The translations under genes and the position numbers were made by a program. This document shows positions 1 to 5,391 of a stretch of 29,841 bases of DNA, one piece after another; the stretch's first letter is position 1, and each line of letters starts with the position of its first letter. The stretch is from a virus (lineage: Duplodnaviria > Caudoviricetes): positions 1 to 29,841 of IMG/VR virus record IMGVR_UViG_3300020441_000016. The stretch is one strand, 5' to 3'. The notes below the pieces were generated by a model. The model made no database searches. It was not told where the DNA came from and saw nothing but the letters and a program-made list of their open reading frames with translations.

Positions 1-56
1 TTCTTGTACTTGGGCAGTTTCTTGCTGTGTTTCTGCCAGTTTGGTGTTGTTGTCAT
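1..56 (-). CDS. Small basic cyanophage protein, 5' part (MTTTPNWQKHSKKLPKYK...), runs off the window
   Basis: ATG at 56; PNWQxHSKK resembles a recurrent small cyanophage protein; overlaps the previous ORF in another frame. Confidence 0.45.
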   Translation of the reverse strand, partial: MTTTPNWQKHSKKLPKYK

Positions 57-213
57 AGTTCCAATGGCGGATTACACCGCTGATAATAAATACGTTTGTG
101 ATTAGGTATGTGAGTAGTATGATGGTGCGTACGATAGCTACGACATTGTCATAGTCACGTGTCTTGTCATCTGCGAAGCTACCAAGTGCGTACTTCCATA
201 TCTTCCAGATCAT
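1..213 (-). CDS. Conserved small cyanophage membrane protein (MIWKIWKYALGSFADDKT...VIRHWN), no stop inside the window
   Basis: Manual translation; ATGA overlap with the upstream gene; one hydrophobic helix; WxIWxxALG...IRHWN pattern recalled from marine phages. Confidence 0.75.
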   Translation of the reverse strand, partial: MIWKIWKYALGSFADDKTRDYDNVVAIVRTIILLTYLITNVFIISGVIRHWNYDNNTKLAETQQETAQVQE

Positions 214-377
214 TTGGCTATGTACGGATACTGTTCATCATCAGGATAATAAAAGTCAACTAATGCGTACTCATTGTTATCACAATGTTTTTCTGCATAG
301 AAGTTAGCATCTGTGTTACTCCTGATTACAGCTGCATCAACGTCGACCTTTATGAGTAGATATAATGGTTTAATCAT
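210..377 (-). CDS. Hypothetical protein, 55 aa (MIKPLYLLIKVDVDAAVIRS...)
   Basis: Manual translation; ATGA overlaps with neighbours on both sides. Confidence 0.7.
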   Translation of the reverse strand: MIKPLYLLIKVDVDAAVIRSNTDANFYAEKHCDNNEYALVDFYYPDDEQYPYIAK

Positions 378-868
378 AAGTACCCCGCTATCTCACAGCC
401 GGGCTCGTCAAAGAACCACGAGATGGATACGTCAGGATACTGTTCTCTGAGTGCAGAACATATAGCTTCTGGTGGCGACCATGCTGTATTGAACTCAACC
501 TCAAGTTGGTCAGGGTCGTCATCTGTGACTACTACGTCATATGCGTCCCACTTGGTATCCCAGTTCTGTACTCGCCAGTCATACCATCTGTCATCTGTCT
601 GACCTGATGATTTGAATACGAGTCGCTTCCATGGGTCTTCGACATACTGAGGTAACTCACCAACCTTGCCCTTTGGCTCAGAGAATGAGTATCTCCTCAC
701 GTCATTAGACATAAGTGGTGTGTTATGCCAATCAGGTTCTGGTATGATCTGTGTAAAGGTATTCTCGTCCTCGAACATCTGCTTGATCTTGGCAATCTGG
801 TTACTAGACTCGTCGCCATCACTATGATGTGTATAGAATGTAACCCTGTTGTGGCAATGGTTTGGCAT
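374..868 (-). CDS. DUF1281/YubB-like ferredoxin-fold protein
   Basis: MPNxCxN N-terminus, WYDWRxxNWxTKWD and FxTAWSPP...FDEPG motifs; GGAG RBS upstream. Confidence 0.85.
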   Translation of the reverse strand: MPNHCHNRVTFYTHHSDGDESSNQIAKIKQMFEDENTFTQIIPEPDWHNTPLMSNDVRRYSFSEPKGKVGELPQYVEDPWKRLVFKSSGQTDDRWYDWRVQNWDTKWDAYDVVVTDDDPDQLEVEFNTAWSPPEAICSALREQYPDVSISWFFDEPGCEIAGYL

Positions 869-881
869 TGTTATCTCCTAA

Positions 882-1232
882 TTATTTGTTGTATCTAGCA
901 AGTATCTTGCTGAAAGCTGCGTCTTTAACTATTGTAGCATAGTTTGAGTCGTTTTGTACTGTTTGTAACAAATTAAGAAGCATCTTGTTTTCATCTGCTG
1001 ATATACCTACAACTCTGCCTGACTTAGTAGTAGCTTTCTTAGTAGCTTTAGGCTTTACAAGTTTAGATTTTACAGACTTAACTGCGGGTGCGTCCTTTTT
1101 GATTGAGTTCTCTAGCTGTTGTACTTGCATCGCTGCCTCTGCGTCTGCTATGGCTTGGTCGATCTTAGCACTTTCCTGTGCTCTTTGCTCAGGTGTAGTA
1201 GAGAAGTCATAAATTGGTAAAGATTGTGTCAT
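882..1232 (-). CDS. Hypothetical protein, 116 aa (MTQSLPIYDF...), Lys-rich middle
   Basis: The ORF track starts at 1316, inside the tRNA; the first ATG past the tRNA trailer is at 1232. Confidence 0.7.
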   Translation of the reverse strand: MTQSLPIYDFSTTPEQRAQESAKIDQAIADAEAAMQVQQLENSIKKDAPAVKSVKSKLVKPKATKKATTKSGRVVGISADENKMLLNLLQTVQNDSNYATIVKDAAFSKILARYNK

Positions 1233-1261
1233 TGTTAATAAGGTGGTAAATTTTACAGTTG

Positions 1262-1285
1262 TATCAACAAGTGACCTTGCTGATA
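1262..1285 (-). other. Stem-loop immediately 3' of the tRNA (processing or stability hairpin)
   Basis: TATCAGCAAG-GTCA-CTTGTTGATA, 10 bp with one G-U on the minus strand; no U-tract. Confidence 0.55.
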
Positions 1286-1286
1286 A

Positions 1287-1358
1287 CGATTCTACGGGGA
1301 GTCGAACCCCGACCATGTCCGTGACAGGGACACGTTCTAACCATTAAACTATAGAATC
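1287..1358 (-). tRNA. tRNA-Asp (GUC), CCA not encoded
   Basis: GATTCTA/TAGAATC acceptor stem, GTTT/GAAC D-stem with GG loop, TGTCC-CT GTC AC-GGACA anticodon arm, CGGGG-TTCGACT-CCCCG T arm, G73 discriminator. Confidence 0.95.
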
Positions 1359-1488
1359 AGTAAGCGGCAGTGATGAAGAAGCCTAAAAGTGCTACTATGT
1401 GCCGCTGATGTGGGCTGTCAGTTGGCGGCGTATATCAAGTGAATGATGTGTGCTTTACTGACATTTGATAATAATAGTTGTTGCCTAA

Positions 1489-2025
1489 TTAACCCACAAT
1501 GAATGATGGCTTGCGTGATGGTATGCGTAGGTAGTTGGTAGATAACCACGGCTTGGTATTGAGATAGTCGATATATGCCTGTATAGTAGTGATATTCGTA
1601 TCATACTTGAGATACTCTGGCATAGCACGTGTAAACTCTGTGACCTGACGCCATGATTGTGAGACTTTGTCGTCGAAGCACTTGTGGTATATGTCAATGG
1701 CTTCTAGGATAGGCTGTAAGCAAGAATGTATTTTGTCATAGCGTGCTGCGTACTCGTCGCACAAACCTATGCCGTGTATAATGAGCCACGATAAGTTGTG
1801 TTGATTGGCGGCAGCCCACTGCGTACATGGATGGTTGCGAAATGCACCGTACGTAGTGCTGTATGCTGTGCCGTCGAGCTTGTGTAGTTGACCGACACCG
1901 TAGTACCAGTCGCTGTATATGATGGATAGCATTTGACATGTCTCGAGTGGCATCTTGACAATGTGCTTGTCAGGTAAGTTGGCGGCTGATTGTAGTGGGT
2001 TAAAGTCGGTAACAAAGATATTCAT
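1489..2025 (-). CDS. Pyrimidine-dimer DNA glycosylase / DenV-related family protein
   Basis: MNIF...DKHIVKMPLETCQML...NHPCTQW...EYAARYDKIH...AMP motifs typical of this marine phage family. Confidence 0.85.
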   Translation of the reverse strand: MNIFVTDFNPLQSAANLPDKHIVKMPLETCQMLSIIYSDWYYGVGQLHKLDGTAYSTTYGAFRNHPCTQWAAANQHNLSWLIIHGIGLCDEYAARYDKIHSCLQPILEAIDIYHKCFDDKVSQSWRQVTEFTRAMPEYLKYDTNITTIQAYIDYLNTKPWLSTNYLRIPSRKPSFIVG

Positions 2026-2031
2026 ATACTC

Positions 2032-2060
2032 ATTATAATCTAAATATCACAAATTGTCGA
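2032..2060 (-). promoter_or_regulatory. sigma70-type promoter, probably giving a leaderless mRNA
   Basis: TCGACA-17 bp-TATAAT-6 nt-ATG. Confidence 0.8.
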
Positions 2061-2294
2061 CCATTTGTCAGGATTCTCAGATGAATTATTTGAGACCATC
2101 CTTGCGTCTAGCTCGTCACACCACTCGTAGTTGCGTGCACGTTTGTAATTGCAATCTGCCTCTTGTATGTAGACAAACATAGCATCCTGTCGTATCTTGT
2201 TAGCTACGAACGTGTCAATAGGTACAAGATTGTTATGTATCATGTCGTACTCGTCCTGAGTAACAAACATTTCTGGTATGTAAATGTGTGGCAT
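2040..2294 (-). CDS. Hypothetical protein, 84 aa
   Basis: ORF track; TAATG coupling and GAGGAGG upstream. Confidence 0.7.
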   Translation of the reverse strand: MPHIYIPEMFVTQDEYDMIHNNLVPIDTFVANKIRQDAMFVYIQEADCNYKRARNYEWCDELDARMVSNNSSENPDKWSTICDI

Positions 2295-2518
2295 TAGTCT
2301 TCCTCCTCGTCGAATTGGTCACGCCCGTCTGCTATTTCCAAGCAGAAGTACTCGAGCAGTTGTCTAACTGTGAGATCAGGTACTTCTAGTATGTCCCGCA
2401 TAAAGCTATTAAATGAGTGCCTGTTGCCGTCGACCATGTAGTAGTATTCCTGTATGTAGTCAGCCTGTGCTCGTAGTTGCTCTGGCGTCTGTTGTGGTTG
2501 CGGTAGTGATTGTGTCAT
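2294..2518 (-). CDS. Hypothetical acidic protein, 74 aa (MTQSLPQP...)
   Basis: ORF track; TAATG coupling on both sides. Confidence 0.75.
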   Translation of the reverse strand: MTQSLPQPQQTPEQLRAQADYIQEYYYMVDGNRHSFNSFMRDILEVPDLTVRQLLEYFCLEIADGRDQFDEEED

Positions 2519-2688
2519 TACATCATCTCTCCGAATATAGTTGCGTTACCGTTGTGTTGAAACGCTTTTTTGATTGCTTTGTATGTTGGATACGGACAGT
2601 CTGTCCATGTCTCCTTCCATGTAATCCAACCATAATCTAATAGTGTTGGTATCATGTCTTTGTCGTCTATGTATGTATTAAATGGCAT
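2518..2688 (-). CDS. Hypothetical protein, 56 aa (MPFNTYIDDKDMIPTLLDYGWITW...)
   Basis: Manual translation; GGAGGAAGGA upstream; fills the gap between coupled genes. Confidence 0.7.
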   Translation of the reverse strand: MPFNTYIDDKDMIPTLLDYGWITWKETWTDCPYPTYKAIKKAFQHNGNATIFGEMM

Positions 2689-2845
2689 TGATTCCTTCCT
2701 CCTCGTAACATTGTGGGCAAAATATATATGTTTGTGTCTCGTGTCTAACTGTGTGTAGCGTACTTGACTTGTTTTCTACTATATTACTGGTCTTATGTGT
2801 AACCCAGTTATCTGCGTCAGTAGTACCGCATTTAGTACATTGCAT
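2678..2845 (-). CDS. Small Zn-ribbon protein, 55 aa (MQCTKCG...FCPQCYEEE)
   Basis: Manual translation; two CxxC pairs; TAATG coupling and GGAGG upstream. Confidence 0.75.
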   Translation of the reverse strand: MQCTKCGTTDADNWVTHKTSNIVENKSSTLHTVRHETQTYIFCPQCYEEEGINAI

Positions 2846-3294
2846 TACTTCTTACCTCCGTCTATGACTTTTAACTGGTTCTTTCTGTGCTCTAAGTCAA
2901 TGTTTAACTGCCAGTCCTCGACCTCTTTCATTGTCTTATTGATTAAGCCATGTGATGCGGCAAGATCGTAGCATACTGTAGCTATGAACAAGTAAACCAC
3001 GTCTTTGATGAAGTACTGTTGTACTGCGAACCTCTCGTCTTCGTCTTTGCACTTAGCTTGTGCCTTGTTGTATGCACCCTGACACTCTGCGTAGTATTCC
3101 CAAGCATGACTGTCATCTAGCAACCAATGGTGTATGTCCTCGTTGAACTCGCCGTAAAACGATACTATGTCCTCTGGTTCTTGGTGGTGTACGAAGTTGG
3201 ACTCGTCATGATCGTGTAACAAAGTCTTAACCTCGATTGGTGTGTATTGACTAGCTATCTCCTTGACAGCTTGTGGTGTGTATGTATCAAGCAT
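2845..3294 (-). CDS. Acidic helical early protein, possibly Ocr-like
   Basis: ORF track; acidic/aromatic pattern (DIVSFYGEFNEDIHHWL...KDVVYLFI); early position; function inferred only. Confidence 0.6.
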   Translation of the reverse strand: MLDTYTPQAVKEIASQYTPIEVKTLLHDHDESNFVHHQEPEDIVSFYGEFNEDIHHWLLDDSHAWEYYAECQGAYNKAQAKCKDEDERFAVQQYFIKDVVYLFIATVCYDLAASHGLINKTMKEVEDWQLNIDLEHRKNQLKVIDGGKK

Positions 3295-3457
3295 TTACTT
3301 CTTCTCCTTGTTTGTTGAATGTTTTGTCTAAGTCAGGTACGTATAGTACTCCGTCGTCCTTGAGGTATGACAGCATCATGTCAAACCACTTGTTGTTGAT
3401 GTCATGAAAGACCCCGTCTGGTAAGTCCTTGTAGTATTTCTGCGACCATTGTTGCAT
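3287..3457 (-). CDS. Hypothetical protein, 56 aa (MQQWSQKYYKDLPDG...VLYVPDLDKTFNKQGEEV)
   Basis: Manual translation; GGAG upstream; fills the intergenic gap. Confidence 0.75.
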   Translation of the reverse strand: MQQWSQKYYKDLPDGVFHDINNKWFDMMLSYLKDDGVLYVPDLDKTFNKQGEEVNA

Positions 3458-3458
3458 G

Positions 3459-3740
3459 TTAAATAAACTCCATTGGTGATGTTGTGTAATGACCTACAGC
3501 TTCTTGGTCAAACATGTCCTTGTAGTGCCAAGCGACATCTTCTACCTTGTCTTGGTTGGTAGTGTTGATAATAACTATCTTGGTATCTTCTAGATCAGAC
3601 TTCCATGTTCCCACTGCGTCTGTGATAGTATACCCGTCAAAGTTAGCGTCAAGTACTTCCTGACAATACATTTGCCAGTCTAAGTCTGTGACATAGCCGC
3701 CGTCTGGCTTACTGCGACCTAGCGTTAAGTGATGTAGCAT
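3459..3740 (-). CDS. DUF3574-like / phage SAM-lyase-like protein, 93 aa
   Basis: LGRxxPDGGxVTxxDW, FDGYTITDAVGTW...ExTKIV and YKxxFxQEAV motifs; start moved to the ATG at 3740 because the longer track ORF runs through a promoter. Confidence 0.7.
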   Translation of the reverse strand: MLHHLTLGRSKPDGGYVTDLDWQMYCQEVLDANFDGYTITDAVGTWKSDLEDTKIVIINTTNQDKVEDVAWHYKDMFDQEAVGHYTTSPMEFI

Positions 3741-3838
3741 ACTGCGACCTGTGATGTGTGTGATTGATAGTTGTATAAGTTTAAGAACTCTTGTGGTGTA
3801 AAGAGTAGTAAACTGAGTAGTAGTGTATATGTTAGCAT
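3725..3838 (-). CDS. Small hydrophobic peptide, 37 aa (MLTYTLLLSLLLFTPQEF...)
   Basis: AGGAGG RBS just upstream of the ATG, directly after a consensus promoter. Confidence 0.65.
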   Translation of the reverse strand: MLTYTLLLSLLLFTPQEFLNLYNYQSHTSQVAVCYIT

Positions 3839-3854
3839 TTGTCCTCCTAATTAT

Positions 3855-3883
3855 ATTATAGCTAAAATTAAATAACAAGTCAA
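3855..3883 (-). promoter_or_regulatory. sigma70-type early promoter
   Basis: TTGACT-17 bp-TATAAT followed by AGGAGG. Confidence 0.85.
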
Positions 3884-3892
3884 TAAGTAAAA

Positions 3893-4210
3893 TTACTCAA
3901 ATGTTATCTTGTCTCCGTGCGGTGTATAAACTGAGACCTTAGTTACGTACTCGCCTAACTCTGGATTAAGTAGTGCTGTGCCTAGTGTCTGTTCGTTAGT
4001 TAATGATAATACAGACTGATCGAATACGTCCGTGAACTCTGCCGGTGTCAGTGATATACATATCTCGTTCTGTGTGTCGTCGTCAGGTACGTCCTCGTAC
4101 TCGAGACCACAGGCGTCTACAAGCTCTTCGCAGTCTATGTCTATCTCTATGTAGACATCATATGTACCCTGCGACCTTGCGTTACTTATTCTATCTGCTT
4201 TATTCTGCAT
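3893..4210 (-). CDS. Highly acidic early protein, 105 aa
   Basis: ORF track; GAGGA RBS; 23 D/E versus 5 K/R by hand count. Confidence 0.75.
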   Translation of the reverse strand: MQNKADRISNARSQGTYDVYIEIDIDCEELVDACGLEYEDVPDDDTQNEICISLTPAEFTDVFDQSVLSLTNEQTLGTALLNPELGEYVTKVSVYTPHGDKITFE

Positions 4211-4271
4211 AGATGCGTCCTCGTCCTAGTTGTGTGTGTGAATGAATGTAAAAATTTGTCTCTATATACAT

Positions 4272-4300
4272 ATTATAGCATCTTATCGTGAGACTGTCAT
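4272..4300 (-). promoter_or_regulatory. sigma70-type early promoter with extended -10
   Basis: ATGACA-17 bp-TATAAT with TGnTATAAT. Confidence 0.8.
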
Positions 4301-4375
4301 GAGATGTGTGGAATCTCTGATGAGTATACTAAGTCGCATGAGACTGATTGTGATGAGAGTGAGAATCATGAGACT
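4279..4375. repeat. Array of short TGAGACT/TGAG repeats overlapping and upstream of the promoter
   Basis: TGAGACT at 4289, 4339 and 4369, plus TGAGAT/TGAGAG/TGAGAA variants. Confidence 0.7.
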
Positions 4376-4584
4376 CACCCTACTTTCTTATGTGTCTTAT
4401 TTGTATTACTATTACTTTTAATAAATTTTGATTTACGTTTATAATTAATAGTACTTGGTAATACTTGATAATTAACTTCTTTACAATTCTGTTCTAAGTG
4501 CGTGATTGAATTATATAATTGTTTGTAATATTCAGTTGAATGTTTATAAAATTTAAAGCGTTGATGATTCATAATACTAAACAC
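4375..4584 (-). CDS. Hypothetical basic protein (may start at the ATG at 4572)
   Basis: ORF track; very AT-rich; follows the first early gene. Confidence 0.5.
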   Translation of the reverse strand: MFSIMNHQRFKFYKHSTEYYKQLYNSITHLEQNCKEVNYQVLPSTINYKRKSKFIKSNSNTNKTHKKVG

Positions 4585-4777
4585 CTACTAATTGTAATTG
4601 TTCGATATAATTAACACCATTAACTTGTAATCCTAGCATTTGTAAACAAATAATATCGCTGTCGTTGATTGTTTTCTTACCTGTAAGACTCTTGAGAGCA
4701 TCTGCTTGTTGCTCGTCTGTAACATAGTGTAATGTTTTGCCGAAGGCTGTCTTAGGTTGTGTCTTAATGTTGGTCAT
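4577..4777 (-). CDS. Probable first early gene, small conserved phage protein (FGKTLHY...LTGKKT...LG)
   Basis: AGGAG RBS; downstream of the first promoter; LTGKKT motif recalled from small phage proteins. Confidence 0.8.
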   Translation of the reverse strand: MTNIKTQPKTAFGKTLHYVTDEQQADALKSLTGKKTINDSDIICLQMLGLQVNGVNYIEQLQLVGV

Positions 4778-4779
4778 GT

Positions 4780-5132
4780 TTGGAATCTCCTTTTCTCTCT
4801 TATGTACTAATTATAATCCATAAACTTGAGACTGTGTTGAGATTTGAGCATTACCACACATCTTATCTGAGTCGCACATGATTGTGAGTCTTAGTCTAAT
4901 ACTGATTGATACTGGATTAAGACTGAGATGCCAACAGATCGCTACACATTCCTTGACAGTCTCATGATGTGACACGTGCGTCCCCGTTGTGATTGTGACA
5001 GCTTAACAATCCGTACTTGACAAGTCCAATTTCGGGACTCAGCCGTCATACGTGTGTCTCTTGCGACTCGGATTGTTACAATGGGGGAGTTTGCGTCCGG
5101 CGAGGGTCGTATATCGACCTCAGAAATTTATG
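4780..5132. other. Non-coding genome-end region (probable terminal repeat junction) with TGAGAC/TGAGTC short repeats
   Basis: Lies between the last post-terminase gene and the first host-type promoter, where T7-like termini occur; short-repeat arrays and hairpins; exact ends not determinable. Confidence 0.7.
4810..4838 (-). promoter_or_regulatory. First early promoter (good -10, weak -35)
   Basis: AACACA-17 bp-TATAAT; same CAGTCTCA-11 nt-TATAAT layout as the 4272-4300 promoter. Confidence 0.6.
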
Positions 5133-5288
5133 TTATTTTTTATCCAGTAGTGATTCTAGATACTGTTTCTTGAGCTGTAATTGCTGTTCTCTGTAGTTTA
5201 ACAAAGGCCACTTGTTAATCTTAAGTGCTATCTTCATTTTGCTCCATCTTTCCAGTAATATACGCTCTATAGCTGCGAATATTCTCAT
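5133..5288 (-). CDS. Hypothetical basic protein, 51 aa (MRIFAAIERILLERWSKMK...), last late gene
   Basis: Manual translation; co-oriented after the terminase. Confidence 0.6.
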   Translation of the reverse strand: MRIFAAIERILLERWSKMKIALKINKWPLLNYREQQLQLKKQYLESLLDKK

Positions 5289-5342
5289 GGTTGTTAGTTA
5301 GTGGAGGTCTATTAGGTATATCCATTCATAGGATATTAGGTG

Positions 5343-5375
5343 ACAGGGAAAGAGTCCACCCTTCTCCTCCCCTGT
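5343..5375 (-). other. Stem-loop downstream of the terminase
   Basis: ACAGGGGAGGAG-AAGGGTGGA-CTCTTTCCCTGT, 12 bp with two G-U pairs on the minus strand; no U-tract. Confidence 0.6.
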
Positions 5376-5391
5376 ATAAGTGCGTGATCGC

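Noticed and set aside
1233-1316. N-terminal extension of ORF 882-1316
   Set aside because: Runs through the tRNA and its trailer hairpin; the ATG at 1232 is more plausible
1485-2015. Alternative-frame minus ORFs inside the glycosylase gene
   Set aside because: Fully nested in a conserved gene, with no recognisable features
3741-3878. N-terminal extension of ORF 3459-3878
   Set aside because: Starts inside a consensus promoter and overlaps the RBS-supported 37-aa ORF; family motifs begin after 3740
4953-4985. Plus-strand promoter at TTGACA
   Set aside because: No -10 element at 16-18 bp spacing; treated as an inverted copy of the repeat motif
4260-5000. Possible CRISPR-like array
   Set aside because: Repeats are only 6-9 bp, degenerate and irregularly spaced; no repeat-spacer structure
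5004-5078. Hammerhead ribozyme (CTGAGTCC...GGAC) or tRNA
   Set aside because: Lacks the CUGAnGA and GAAA core in the right places, and has no T-loop or anticodon arm geometry
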